Of a stretch of DNA of 64,000 nt, positions 1 to 10,212 are shown in pieces; the stretch's first letter is position 1; every line of letters begins with the position of its first letter. The notes under the pieces are model-generated. The model was given only the letters and a program-made list of their open reading frames with translations. It had not been told where the DNA came from and did not search any database. The translations under genes and the position numbers were made by a program. Origin of the DNA: a phage; sequence record PX880100.1. One strand, written 5' to 3'.

Positions 1-464
1 CCTGGCTCAAACCCAAACCATTTACGAACTTCTGCAGCCCACATTTCACGAATAGATGTATTCGTACAGATTACCAAAGTTTTCTGGCCAAATTTATACG
101 CAAGCGCAAGGGCTAGGATAGTTTTACCAAATCCAGGCTTACCATTAATAATACAGGTATCATCGCATTCTTCGTATATTGGAAGCTGATCTTCTTCACG
201 CAGCTTGAACTTAGGTTCTGGTATATCTACCGGAGCTAATGTGCGTTTATCAACTAATTCGTATTTTACTCCTTTAGCATCTAATAAATCCAGACGCGTG
301 ATAGGAATCCACTTAATCTCTTTAGCAACAACACCACTATTCTTATACATAATAGGGTATTTACTAGTCATTGTCTCTATGTGATAAGTGGTTTGCTTAC
401 TACAATAATCCCAAAGTTCATCATCGGGCTTGAAATAGGCTTTATTAGATATAACAACCTTCAT
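1..464 (-). CDS. helicase-like P-loop ATPase, N-terminal part (gene runs past window start)
   Basis: Reverse-strand translation from ATG at 464..462 gives MKVV...INGKPGFGKTILALALAY (Walker A GxxGxGKT); start overlaps the stop of the upstream ORF (ATGA). Confidence 0.55.
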   Translation of the reverse strand, partial: MKVVISNKAYFKPDDELWDYCSKQTTYHIETMTSKYPIMYKNSGVVAKEIKWIPITRLDLLDAKGVKYELVDKRTLAPVDIPEPKFKLREEDQLPIYEECDDTCIINGKPGFGKTILALALAYKFGQKTLVICTNTSIREMWAAEVRKWFGFEP

Positions 465-958
465 AATTTTATTCTAAGTCTAGGAATTTCAGGCTCCTCT
501 TGATGGACTTGATAAATAACAGGGCTATTATTTACCAGAATATAGCTTATATAAGCTGGAACATAGGATAATACAAATGGATATGGAACTTTAGCTACAT
601 AGCATTGGTATTTTCCGTTATAAATTCTAGCTGAATGCAAAACTTTAGAGGTGACAACATCATAGAACGTAGTTTTCTTCCAGTTAATAAGATTTCCATC
701 AGAATCTATAAATTGGCTACGCTTTGACCCAACTAATTGAGACAACATTGATATTCTACCTCTAATAGGATAGAGCTTGTATGGTAATTCTTTCCGTTTC
801 TCAAATAGAATAAGCCTACGTTGAGAAAAAGTGCCAGGCAACTTCCTGTTATCTAGCACATATTTATTATACCTTGTTGTAATTACGGAATAATCACCTT
901 CTTGTTCAATTGATACAAATGCCCGTAAAGCATATACGGGCAATTTGAAATCAAGCAC
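461..958 (-). CDS. hypothetical protein (165 aa)
   Basis: Track ORF; 8-nt overlap with the polymerase gene and ATGA overlap with the downstream helicase gene; no motif recognised. Confidence 0.5.
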   Translation of the reverse strand: MLDFKLPVYALRAFVSIEQEGDYSVITTRYNKYVLDNRKLPGTFSQRRLILFEKRKELPYKLYPIRGRISMLSQLVGSKRSQFIDSDGNLINWKKTTFYDVVTSKVLHSARIYNGKYQCYVAKVPYPFVLSYVPAYISYILVNNSPVIYQVHQEEPEIPRLRIKL

Positions 959-3518
959 CGAGAATCCTTCTCACGTTATCCAAATCTTTACATACAGCAA
1001 TAAACTTATCATCCTTGTATTTGCTATGATCTGGATGCTCTTTATCCATTGCAGCTAGTTTCTTATACTCGAACTCTGCATCAAGTAATACACCCTTGAC
1101 ATAACGAGTATATTCATCATCATCAATACAAGCGATTGATGGGTGCTGTTTCTTCATCTTACCACAAGAATAGTCACGAGAACCTCCAGCTTCAGAATCT
1201 GAGTCAATACCAATCGGACAACCAGGAATACTGATACCACGGTCTTTCTGAATATTACGAATCAGGATTTCATTGTATTGGTCGATCAAATCCTCACGAA
1301 CAATAGCAACTACGGAGTCGTGAACCAGCATAACAATCTTCATCTCTTGTTCTAGGCCAAGAGAAATGATCTCATTATCTGCATCTACAGCACCTAAAAG
1401 GAGACTATCAGAAGAAGCAGACTGAATGATTGCGTTAAATCCAGAACGGATTTCTTCACCCTGAACACCACGGTCTTCGGAATGGATATTATGCAGACGA
1501 CGTTTACGCCCAAAGTGACTATAGATAAATCCATGATTCTTGATCTGGTCGTGACATTTATCAATCCAACGCTTAAGCTGCGGGAACTGACCGAAGTAAG
1601 TTTCGATATAGTCCTTCGCATCCGCAACAGTACACTCTACAAACGGTTCTCCTGTCTTAGCAGCCTGTTCCAAAAGAGCTTCGTTAACAGAATGAGCTAC
1701 CTTAGCCGGGCCAGAACCATACAAAATACCAAAGGTGATTGCTTTAGCTGCTTGACGCAGAGCTGGGAATAACTTTTTAACATCACGAGGCTCGCATTGG
1801 AGCTTAAATACCATGTGTGCGATGTTAGAGTGGAAGTCAGGGTATTTATCTGGTTCATTTCTCATGTTGATAAATACTTGTTGCATATTTCTATCACCAG
1901 ATAGAACAGCAGCATAATAAACTTCCGCAGTTGTTAAGTCCCATGCAATTACACGATACCCGGGAGGGGCTACTACACAACCCTTGATAATAGATTCATC
2001 ACGAGGTAACTGTTGCAGATTCAGTTTACCAGAAGAACTCAGACGACCAGAAGTAGTCATATGTTCATGGAAGCCAGTACGAATGCAACCATCAGCATCA
2101 ATGCTCAGAAGAATCTTCTCAACGTAAGTAGAGATCAGCTTAGTCAGCTTACGAATCTCTAGTAGGGTCTTAGCAATTGGATGCTGCGTAGACAATTCGT
2201 TCAGAGCTTCTGCATCTGTAGAGTCTGCTCCAGTATCCGTCAATTTACCTGTTGGAGTTAAGCCAACATAATCAAACAGAAGAACACGGAGTTGTTTAAC
2301 AGAGTTTGGGTTAAACGCTTCGTTCTGATCTTTCTCTAGCTGAACGACTTCTGGATAAGTATACAGCTTTTCACGAGCTTTATTCAGATTATGAGTTAAC
2401 TGGTACTGTGCTTCTTTCAAGCGATCAATAGAAATTGGTACACCACGATCTTCAACACGCTGGAGAAATACGCAACCAGGCATTAGAACATCATAATACA
2501 GACTGCAAAGTTTTTCATTCTTCTCAATTTTTGGTAAGAAGAAATTGTGCAAACGTAGGGTGGCATCGGTATCTTTTGCAGCGTAAGGCCACATAATATC
2601 AAACGGAATTAAATCATAGGTGAAATCTTCTTTCTTGATCTTATGTGCTTTGCAGTAATCATCCTTGAACTTATCTAGTTCAAAGTCATAGTCACCCATA
2701 TCGGTATACTTCATTGCTAGAGATTTCAAGCCATGAGTACCACGACGTTCATCTAGAACATAATGCTGCAACATAGTATCATGGAGCCTGCGTTCTTTAT
2801 GCGCTTTATCAAAAGTAAGTCCCAGATGGTACTTATAAAAGTGCATATCAAACTTCAAGTTGTGAAAAACAATAGTGTGGTTTTCACTATCCAGAATTTT
2901 CTGGAGATAATATACTGCAACCTCTGTGAGACAATCAGAATCGATATATACACCCTGATATTCTTGGTGAGACATAGAAACACCAAGCAGATAACCATCT
3001 CGACAGTATAGTGCTGAGGTTTCGGAGTCGAATGCGACAGGTCCGATAACCATATTATACACCATCTTGATATATTCTTCCGCCTCGTCAGGGTCAGTAA
3101 TAGGACGGTAATCACCAGCTTTTGCAATCTTCTCACGACCATTGATAATATCGTGGATATTTTCTACTGTTGCATCGAAAACTGGTTTCATTTCAGGCTT
3201 AAAGTGTAACTGGGCTGGGCTGATACTCGCAATCCAGTTAGCATATCCATTATACTCTACACGTTTACCAGTATAGTCACCAATGCCTTTCTTACCTGCG
3301 AAATACAGGAAAGGTTCAGCACCTACCAGTATAACAAAATCATAATCATTCGGGTCAAATGGGTTTTCCGGAGTCCCAATAGTAATATGCTTTTTGAGCA
3401 AACGACCGGATAACTTCTCGTTACACATATGGAATACATCAACTTCCTCGCCGTATAGCTGGAAATGTTTATCGTAACGAGTGTTATTTAGAGCTTTATC
3501 AACTACTGCGATTTTCAA
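951..3518 (-). CDS. DNA polymerase, family A (Pol I-like) with 3'-5' exonuclease domain
   Basis: 855 aa; exonuclease motif FDSETSALY, polymerase motif B KAITFGILYGSG, motif C-like LVHDSVV; matches T5-type replicative polymerase architecture. Confidence 0.93.
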   Translation of the reverse strand: MKIAVVDKALNNTRYDKHFQLYGEEVDVFHMCNEKLSGRLLKKHITIGTPENPFDPNDYDFVILVGAEPFLYFAGKKGIGDYTGKRVEYNGYANWIASISPAQLHFKPEMKPVFDATVENIHDIINGREKIAKAGDYRPITDPDEAEEYIKMVYNMVIGPVAFDSETSALYCRDGYLLGVSMSHQEYQGVYIDSDCLTEVAVYYLQKILDSENHTIVFHNLKFDMHFYKYHLGLTFDKAHKERRLHDTMLQHYVLDERRGTHGLKSLAMKYTDMGDYDFELDKFKDDYCKAHKIKKEDFTYDLIPFDIMWPYAAKDTDATLRLHNFFLPKIEKNEKLCSLYYDVLMPGCVFLQRVEDRGVPISIDRLKEAQYQLTHNLNKAREKLYTYPEVVQLEKDQNEAFNPNSVKQLRVLLFDYVGLTPTGKLTDTGADSTDAEALNELSTQHPIAKTLLEIRKLTKLISTYVEKILLSIDADGCIRTGFHEHMTTSGRLSSSGKLNLQQLPRDESIIKGCVVAPPGYRVIAWDLTTAEVYYAAVLSGDRNMQQVFINMRNEPDKYPDFHSNIAHMVFKLQCEPRDVKKLFPALRQAAKAITFGILYGSGPAKVAHSVNEALLEQAAKTGEPFVECTVADAKDYIETYFGQFPQLKRWIDKCHDQIKNHGFIYSHFGRKRRLHNIHSEDRGVQGEEIRSGFNAIIQSASSDSLLLGAVDADNEIISLGLEQEMKIVMLVHDSVVAIVREDLIDQYNEILIRNIQKDRGISIPGCPIGIDSDSEAGGSRDYSCGKMKKQHPSIACIDDDEYTRYVKGVLLDAEFEYKKLAAMDKEHPDHSKYKDDKFIAVCKDLDNVRRILGA

Positions 3519-3580
3519 ATTTAATCTCCTCTTGGTAAGTAAGTATAACTTCAGTGTTTCTTCTCTAACTTACCAATATA

Positions 3581-4471
3581 TTATACCAAATCTTTAAGCG
3601 ATTCAGCAACTAAAATTTCAATACGTTTTGCTAACATATCAATTTCATCTTTGTTTAAGTCACCTGGATCTTTGCCTTCTGGTAGAAGAAAGTTAGCAAC
3701 TACAGGTGTTAAACGCGTTTTTGTACGAATTAGCTTAGCCAATGCTTGTGCAGCCTTATTACCAGAAGCATCATTATCTAATAAGATAACAACAACTTTA
3801 ACACCAGCAATAATATAAGGACTGAACTTATCTGCAATGTTATCCGAGGTAAACTGATGTGTACCAAAGCAGCAAGAAGCATAGTCTATACCATTATCCT
3901 CTAGGTTCAGCATATCAAAGATACCTTCAACTAGAATAAGAACTGGAGTATTATATCGTACAGGGAAAATCGGTGGTGAAACTTGTTTTGGTTTTACTAA
4001 GTATTTAGGAGGGGCAGAACTGTTTATAGAACGACCCAAAAATAGGATATTGCGTCCAACAGCATCTGTGATTGGGAATACAATTCTGCCTTCCCAGTCT
4101 GCTTGGTGTTGGAAAGCAAAATATTTCTTCAAGGTCTTAGAACTTATACCTCGGAAATCACCTTCGAAAAGGTAAGCAGATTCAGGAATTGCAAGATTTG
4201 TAGATCCATTCCTAATCTCTGAAATCTTTTTACGTACCTGCGATAGTCTTGGGGACTGTCGGTACTGAGTCTCATTAAAATAATGGTAAATGCTCGGTAT
4301 ACCTTTACCGAAGCCACAACTCAAGCAGTGCATAATACCTGTTTCAGGATCAATACGCAAACTTGGGTGTTTATCGTCATGATCTGGATTGAGACAACAG
4401 ATGAGGATGTCCCCACCTGTGTCTTTATATTCAATGCCTTTCAGATCAAGTAGTTCTGTTATTCTACTCAT
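3581..4471 (-). CDS. DNA primase (DnaG-like: zinc-binding region plus TOPRIM)
   Basis: 296 aa; N-terminal CCLNPDHDDKHPS...HCLSCGFG zinc-ribbon-like motif, C-terminal VVVILLDNDASG TOPRIM-like motif; 4-nt overlap with helicase gene. Confidence 0.8.
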   Translation of the reverse strand: MSRITELLDLKGIEYKDTGGDILICCLNPDHDDKHPSLRIDPETGIMHCLSCGFGKGIPSIYHYFNETQYRQSPRLSQVRKKISEIRNGSTNLAIPESAYLFEGDFRGISSKTLKKYFAFQHQADWEGRIVFPITDAVGRNILFLGRSINSSAPPKYLVKPKQVSPPIFPVRYNTPVLILVEGIFDMLNLEDNGIDYASCCFGTHQFTSDNIADKFSPYIIAGVKVVVILLDNDASGNKAAQALAKLIRTKTRLTPVVANFLLPEGKDPGDLNKDEIDMLAKRIEILVAESLKDLV

Positions 4472-5991
4472 ATATCGCTGGCCTGTTCACCTGTTGAATT
4501 TTCAGTTTTGTCTTTCTTAGCACGTTTAGGTTGAGCCGGCTTATCCTTCTCAATAGGGATAACGAACTCAGCTTCCATTTGAGATATATCTTCCATTGCT
4601 AGGTTGGTAGTGTTATCCATTCGCAGAGTTTCCCAGTTCATTTTAGGCATAAACTTCACGCTATCAGAAGAACGAGTCTTAACGAAGTCAAACATAATAG
4701 CACCTTGACCATTATCAGCTTTTGCAGCGTTAAGATTAGCAGCCATGTCGGCGGAATCAAGAATCCCCTTTGACATACGTGTTCTACCATCTTGATCAAT
4801 CTGGTAAGGAGCTACACCAGCCACGTTATGTTTCTGGCAGATAGATTTGAAAGACGAGCTAACAACCATCTGTTCTTTCCAGTCATACATATCAATGGTT
4901 TTAGAGTCTGGAAGTCGGGTTTGGTTAATATAGTCCAGTAAAGCTACTGTAACTTTATCTCCATATCTAGCAACTAATTTATTTAATTCTACGTCAACTG
5001 TTGTAATAGATAGCTCAGGGTCATAAACAATAATCATAGGAGTATGTAGCTCATACCCTTCTATTAGCTTACTTTCCATATCGTAGAAATCACTCATCTT
5101 AGCCATTGTGTACTGTTTAACGAAGTTATCGAAAAGCTCTTCACCCCCATTAAACATTCTAGCTCTAGTTCTGGCTAATCTCAATAGAGCTGCACCTTCT
5201 AGAGTATTATTACGCATTGCTAATGCTGATACACCAGCTAACATGGCTAGATTACGTCTAAATACTTCATGTTCTTTCATCTCAATTGAGAAGTATGGAG
5301 CAATATCTCCATTCAAATATTGCTGAACCTGTATGTTTGAACAGATAATGGATTTACCAGTACCACGCCAACCACCAAGCAGTAACGTTTCTGTGCGAGC
5401 TAAACCAATTTGAGCGTCGAACTCATTACAAATACCAAGAGCGATTAAGTTCAGTTTGGTATCTTCTTCTCTCTGGAAAATACGCATGTTATCTGCGTTG
5501 AATACTTTTCCAGTATTCGTTACTTTCTCTTCTAATTTTAAGTGAAGGGAGGCAACTCGGTTGAGAATTTCTCCCTGATCCAGCATTGTTAAATCTTGAA
5601 GCACGTCTGTTTCTAGAAGCTTCAGGAATAAATCTTGTGTATATTCGGCTTCTAGGACTTCAAGTGCCTGTTCCATGCTCACTTCTGGAATTTGAGTGTT
5701 AGCTAAGACGACTAGAGCTTGAGAAAGGCGGGCGTTCCTATTAGCTTCAAGCATAAGTGCGTCAATGGACGGCATTGTGTTATATTTTTTATAATAATTC
5801 TGGACGGCTTGGTAAATTGAGGAGAAAGCGTCATTAAAATGATCTTTATGCAGTTTTGAGAATGTTTCCAATGCTATTTGCTTCTGTTCGGAAGCTAGAA
5901 GCATCTTCAACACTACAGCTTGCACGTTAAACAAGGTCATTCTCCTTTGCACGCTTTCGTGCCTTCTAAATGCAAAAAGGGGAAGGAGCAT
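4468..5991 (-). CDS. replicative helicase-like RecA-fold ATPase
   Basis: 507 aa; Walker A LLGGWRGTGKS; GGAGG-type RBS before ATG at 5991 (alternative start at 5940); operon with primase and polymerase. Confidence 0.7.
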   Translation of the reverse strand: MLLPLFAFRRHESVQRRMTLFNVQAVVLKMLLASEQKQIALETFSKLHKDHFNDAFSSIYQAVQNYYKKYNTMPSIDALMLEANRNARLSQALVVLANTQIPEVSMEQALEVLEAEYTQDLFLKLLETDVLQDLTMLDQGEILNRVASLHLKLEEKVTNTGKVFNADNMRIFQREEDTKLNLIALGICNEFDAQIGLARTETLLLGGWRGTGKSIICSNIQVQQYLNGDIAPYFSIEMKEHEVFRRNLAMLAGVSALAMRNNTLEGAALLRLARTRARMFNGGEELFDNFVKQYTMAKMSDFYDMESKLIEGYELHTPMIIVYDPELSITTVDVELNKLVARYGDKVTVALLDYINQTRLPDSKTIDMYDWKEQMVVSSSFKSICQKHNVAGVAPYQIDQDGRTRMSKGILDSADMAANLNAAKADNGQGAIMFDFVKTRSSDSVKFMPKMNWETLRMDNTTNLAMEDISQMEAEFVIPIEKDKPAQPKRAKKDKTENSTGEQASDI

Positions 5992-6022
5992 AGCCCCCTC
6001 CCCTTAGGTTTAATTTACCAGA

Positions 6023-6790
6023 TTATTCAGCAGCCGCAGCTTTTGCATCCAGTTTAGCACGCTTAGCGGCACCATCATAGTCCTTAGCAACCAGACCGCG
6101 ACGAGACAGCATAGATTTAACACCGCGCTCAGACTTACCAGTTTTCTCAGCGATCTCAGCAACAGTCATGTTAACCAGATCCAGACCTTCTAACAGATCT
6201 TCACGAGTTTTAGCACTTGAAGTTTCCTGTACCGGCATAGCAGCGATACGACCTTCACGAAGTAGGCTCAGAGCTTTACCACGGATCTGCTTGATATTAC
6301 GACCGAAGTGAGCAGCGATAGCTTCAATAGTAGCACCAGCAACAACCTGATTAACAAAATCAGTTTCTTCATCCGGAGTGAAGGAACGAACAGCAGCAGC
6401 TTTTTCAGTTGGCTTAACAGAAGCGGTCATTTCCAGACTCAGGATCTTACCCTGTACCTGTTTAGCACCGAACTGACCACCAGCTACAGCAGCAGCGATT
6501 TCAGCATAGGTATACTGACCAGCATGAGCGTTCAGGAAATCAACCAGTTCAGCTTCCTGCTCAGGAGTCCACGGGGATTTCTGCACTTCGTTAGCTTTTT
6601 GTACTTCAAAACCTTCTTTACGCAGTTTAGAGCCAACAGAGCGAGCAGTAACATCTTTGCCAGTTTCAGCAGCCAGTTCAGCAGCAATAGCAGCTACTTG
6701 TTCTTGAGAGATTACAGAAACACCCAGAGCAGTGGCTTTTGCTTTCAGAGACTCGGTTACACCTTCTACGTTCCAGTTCAGTTTAGACAT
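6023..6790 (-). CDS. putative DNA-binding protein (T5 D5-like by size and position)
   Basis: 255 aa Ala/Glu/Lys-rich protein between helicase and ligase genes; assignment by synteny, not by motif. Confidence 0.4.
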   Translation of the reverse strand: MSKLNWNVEGVTESLKAKATALGVSVISQEQVAAIAAELAAETGKDVTARSVGSKLRKEGFEVQKANEVQKSPWTPEQEAELVDFLNAHAGQYTYAEIAAAVAGGQFGAKQVQGKILSLEMTASVKPTEKAAAVRSFTPDEETDFVNQVVAGATIEAIAAHFGRNIKQIRGKALSLLREGRIAAMPVQETSSAKTREDLLEGLDLVNMTVAEIAEKTGKSERGVKSMLSRRGLVAKDYDGAAKRAKLDAKAAAAE

Positions 6791-7556
6791 TATTATTTTT
6801 CTCCAATAGTTCTTTAATCGACAGGATTTCTATCCCATTCGTTTCGGCTTTCTTATAAGATGAGGAAGAACGTTTTGATTCATCCTCACAGATTAGGTAT
6901 TTGACGTCTTTGGTAACGGATTTCTTAACCGTATATCCTAGACCTTCTAAATAGTTTGTTGCATCCGTTCGATTTGCAAAATCTTGCAAAGATCCGGTAA
7001 TACATACCGCGATTCCATTTGGCTGGGCAACTAAATCATCAGTAACGACGGTTTTAGCTTTAGCACCAGTTGAGAATTTCCACGGTAGTTCGATAACATC
7101 CTTGCCTTGTGGGGAATTTAGCCAGGCTTTATAATTTTCTCCAGCCTTGCCGTCAGCCTTCACATCGTGGAAGCTAGTGCAATTTTGGGATAATTTCTTT
7201 GCTGCAACCTCTCCAATTAGAGGGATTCCTAAAGAACCGAGAACTGAACCAAAGTCAATGTCTCCGCGAACTTTAGTATTTAATTCGCTAATTAACTTAG
7301 CGGCAACCTTGCTACCCACGGCTCTAACCAAATCTTCTTCGGTTAGGTAAAATAGTTCTGAAATCTTCGTCAGCTCCAGCTTCTCAATAGTTTTCGGGCC
7401 AAAGCCCTTTAACTTCATTTTTGTACAGAAGTTCTCAATTAACTTACTTGATTGCGCTGAACAGTTGGACTTATTACGACAGAATAATTGTCCGTTGACA
7501 AGATCTAGCTTAGAACCACAAGAGGGACATTGTGTTGGAATTTCGATTTTCATCAA
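6783..7556 (-). CDS. NAD-dependent DNA ligase, C-terminal subunit (Zn-finger/HhH/BRCT part)
   Basis: 257 aa; CPSCGSKLDLVNGQLFCRNKSNC zinc finger, helix-hairpin-helix-like GFGPKTIEKL, BRCT-like tail; separate gene from the adenylation part. Confidence 0.8.
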   Translation of the reverse strand: MMKIEIPTQCPSCGSKLDLVNGQLFCRNKSNCSAQSSKLIENFCTKMKLKGFGPKTIEKLELTKISELFYLTEEDLVRAVGSKVAAKLISELNTKVRGDIDFGSVLGSLGIPLIGEVAAKKLSQNCTSFHDVKADGKAGENYKAWLNSPQGKDVIELPWKFSTGAKAKTVVTDDLVAQPNGIAVCITGSLQDFANRTDATNYLEGLGYTVKKSVTKDVKYLICEDESKRSSSSYKKAETNGIEILSIKELLEKNNNV

Positions 7557-7583
7557 ATTTCTTCCTTATCAATTTATATAGAT

Positions 7584-7612
7584 ATTATAGCAAGTATTTA
7601 AGCATTTAGCAA
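7584..7612 (-). promoter_or_regulatory. early promoter (TTGCTA -35, 17-bp spacer, TATAAT -10) for ligase C-terminal subunit gene
   Basis: Reverse strand reads TTGCTAAATGCTTAAATACTTGCTATAATATCTATATAAATTGATAAGGAAG upstream of ATG 7556; coordinates approximate. Confidence 0.6.
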
Positions 7613-7755
7613 CTACAATTTTAACTAACTTTGCTTACCCTCGCCATAACTTTCTATCCCTCAACTGAATGATAATAGTATATACCTAAGCGGCGAAAAT
7701 GTCAATAACCACTTTATAATTCCGATATGGTAGATGGGTAGCAAAGGGTTATGTA

Positions 7756-8730
7756 TTAATCGTATACTCGTTCTACTATGCATGGGATTACACCACCAGC
7801 ACGAATCACTCGAATCTGGCAACCGATCTCTAGATCAAGAGAGTTAATATAATCAACGTTATTAAGAGTCGCTTTAACAATTGTAGCATCATCAATAATT
7901 ACTGGTTCAAAATAACCTACTGGAGTTACTTTACCAGAAGCCCCTACCTGCCATTCAACTTTAGTAAGAGTTGTAATCTCGCCTTCTTCATCCTCTTTAA
8001 TGGCGAATGCTCCACGAGGGAATTTATTAGTCCAGCCTTCACGGAAGAATTTGTTGTTGTCATTAATACGAACAACTTTACCGTCCGTCGGAATCCATTT
8101 AAAAAAGGAACGCACATTAACAACTGTTAAGAAGTTCTCATTCTCTAGCCAAAGCATATCTTTTAAATATGCTTCTGTAATACCTACAGATTCAGCAGAA
8201 CACTGGATACCGTATGCAACGAAGATTAAGCCACCTTCCCCGATACGTTGTACGAAATCATCGCTATCTTTGAGGTTAATAGCACCAGAGGCAAAGTTAC
8301 GTTTATTTTCTACTTCTTTTGTAATTAGAACTTCACCAGTGATTTGAGTAGGTACTTTTTGGGAAATCTTTTTAGGGATGTTCAGCAATCTTACGTTGCT
8401 TGTGACATCATTTCCCAGAATACCGTTACCACGAGTTAATGCTTGAACAAATTCACCGTTAATATATAATAGAGAAATTGCACAACCATCTAACTTATCT
8501 GTTTCTACCTGACCTAAAGGATTAAATGGTGGTTTATCCCCACGATTATAATAAACTTTCTGTAAAGAATACATACGGTACAGATGTGGAATATCACCCT
8601 TAGGCCCGATCTCTTCTTCTAATGGGAAGCGTTTTACCAGGCAATCATACTCCTCATCAGAGATTAAAGACATGCCTTGATAATATGCTTCTTGACAACG
8701 CTTAATAAAGCCTTTTACATTATTCATCAT
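7756..8730 (-). CDS. NAD-dependent DNA ligase, N-terminal adenylation subunit
   Basis: 324 aa; KxDG adenylation motif (ETDKLDGCAISLLY); lies ~200 bp upstream of the C-terminal ligase gene. Confidence 0.82.
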   Translation of the reverse strand: MMNNVKGFIKRCQEAYYQGMSLISDEEYDCLVKRFPLEEEIGPKGDIPHLYRMYSLQKVYYNRGDKPPFNPLGQVETDKLDGCAISLLYINGEFVQALTRGNGILGNDVTSNVRLLNIPKKISQKVPTQITGEVLITKEVENKRNFASGAINLKDSDDFVQRIGEGGLIFVAYGIQCSAESVGITEAYLKDMLWLENENFLTVVNVRSFFKWIPTDGKVVRINDNNKFFREGWTNKFPRGAFAIKEDEEGEITTLTKVEWQVGASGKVTPVGYFEPVIIDDATIVKATLNNVDYINSLDLEIGCQIRVIRAGGVIPCIVERVYD

Positions 8731-8935
8731 CGGCGATTTCCATCTTGAGTTCTTTATTATATTGTGTAACCATATCCATCAAATCAGCAGATTCTTTCAG
8801 AAACGAATCTTTGTACGCCTTTTGATTTACTGTGCCTATGCTATCTTGATAATTAATACGTGCTGTGGAAAGTAGATTAAGTTTTGCTTGAATCTTGGGA
8901 AGTGTTACTGTCATAGCCATGATTGATCCTCTCAT
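8720..8935 (-). CDS. hypothetical protein (71 aa)
   Basis: Track ORF; promoter immediately upstream; overlaps ligase gene start by 11 nt. Confidence 0.5.
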   Translation of the reverse strand: MRGSIMAMTVTLPKIQAKLNLLSTARINYQDSIGTVNQKAYKDSFLKESADLMDMVTQYNKELKMEIADDE

Positions 8936-8949
8936 TAATTTATATAAAT

Positions 8950-8978
8950 ATTATATAACAAAACTGAGTTGAAAGCAA
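8950..8978 (-). promoter_or_regulatory. PN25-type early promoter
   Basis: Reverse strand: TTGCTT -35, 17-bp spacer, TATAAT -10, then ATTTATATAAATTAATGAGAGG; approximate coordinates. Confidence 0.6.
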
Positions 8979-9005
8979 ATACATTTATAAAGAAAAAGCC
9001 AAGAA

Positions 9006-9314
9006 CTAGGCATTCTTGGCTTTTAGTTCTTCAGCTCGTTTCTGTACTTCATGTAAAACCTCAGATTCACTAAGAATCTGTGTAAACGCATAGAAAAGCT
9101 GTGATGTTGTTTCTAGGGTGTAAGGAAAAGAGAAGCCAGATTTCGTTGGAAACCATTCATCATTAATATCAAGAAGCCAGTAACGAATACCCATGTATAG
9201 ATTCCCACGAAATTCAGATACTGTTAATCTTACTTGTTCCCCCTCCTTCTCCCAAAGTATGATGGACTGGTCATCAACGTGTCCTTCATAGTTTTGATTT
9301 ACCTGTTCGCTCAT
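9006..9314 (-). CDS. hypothetical protein (102 aa)
   Basis: Track ORF co-oriented with neighbours; no motif recognised. Confidence 0.5.
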   Translation of the reverse strand: MSEQVNQNYEGHVDDQSIILWEKEGEQVRLTVSEFRGNLYMGIRYWLLDINDEWFPTKSGFSFPYTLETTSQLFYAFTQILSESEVLHEVQKRAEELKAKNA

Positions 9315-9364
9315 TTACATATCCCAAATACACAAAAAGCCCCATATAGGGGCTAATTGTTTTC

Positions 9365-9661
9365 TTATCGGCCTACTGGAGAAGCACGATCTAACTCTGA
9401 TTGGAGGCTAGTCACACGACGGACTTTCTCGACAGGAATAAAACGGAAGCTATCATTAGTACGAGAGAAGACAAGGATTTCATCATCTTTCGCTTTACGG
9501 ATACGTTCGCGTTTAATACGCTCAGCCAGATATTTATCTTGGGCCGGATCAAATTCCATTGTACCCTGAAGGTACGTGGTTCCTTTCTGACGAAGTTTCT
9601 CGTAATGAAGATAAAACTCACCAAATTTTTCGCACTGTGCAATAATTTCAGCTTTAGTCAT
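9365..9661 (-). CDS. hypothetical protein (98 aa)
   Basis: Track ORF co-oriented with neighbours; no motif recognised. Confidence 0.5.
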   Translation of the reverse strand: MTKAEIIAQCEKFGEFYLHYEKLRQKGTTYLQGTMEFDPAQDKYLAERIKRERIRKAKDDEILVFSRTNDSFRFIPVEKVRRVTSLQSELDRASPVGR

Positions 9662-9698
9662 AGCTATAGTTCCTTTTGTTGGTGGATTTATCTAAATA

Positions 9699-10109
9699 TT
9701 ACTTAGTGATAGCTCGGATTGCTTCTGCCAGATGAGCAGCCGCTTTACCGGTCAGTTTGTCGATAATTGCATCATCCAGAAAATCTGGTGCTAGGCCAGC
9801 ATCAGAGAATGCTGAACGAAGGTCGGCATGAGCTTGGGCTTTGGAAGTACGAGAACCGCCAGAAGCTTTTTCTCCAGTAGATGCGCTAGATTTAGAAGCA
9901 GAGCCAGCAGCTTTCTTGATATACAAACCTGCTTTAGTCAGCTTCATACGAAAACCGTTCGGAGTTACACCATTTTCCTGGGCAATTTCGCTAACAATTT
10001 CCATGCTAACACCCGGACGTTCATCCTCTGGGAATTGCTCCATACGAGCAACGTATTCGGAAGACATTTTTTCGAACAGTTCATCAGTCCACTGAGTTGG
10101 AGTAGTCAT
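9699..10109 (-). CDS. hypothetical protein (136 aa)
   Basis: Track ORF; Ser/Ala/Lys-rich C-terminal half; no motif recognised. Confidence 0.5.
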   Translation of the reverse strand: MTTPTQWTDELFEKMSSEYVARMEQFPEDERPGVSMEIVSEIAQENGVTPNGFRMKLTKAGLYIKKAAGSASKSSASTGEKASGGSRTSKAQAHADLRSAFSDAGLAPDFLDDAIIDKLTGKAAAHLAEAIRAITK

Positions 10110-10212
10110 ATTTTATATTTCCTTAATTAAGAATTAAACAGAATAGTTCTTTCAAACTATGAGAATATTATATCAAGAATTATAGGATTAAGCAACTGAA
10201 ATTTTTCAGTAG

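Noticed and set aside
1394-3142. Opposite-strand and alternative-frame ORFs inside the polymerase gene (1394..1627, 1482..1772, 2763..3011, 2855..3142)
   Set aside because: They are embedded in a long, motif-rich polymerase ORF, lack ribosome-binding sites and have low-complexity products; treated as shadow ORFs.
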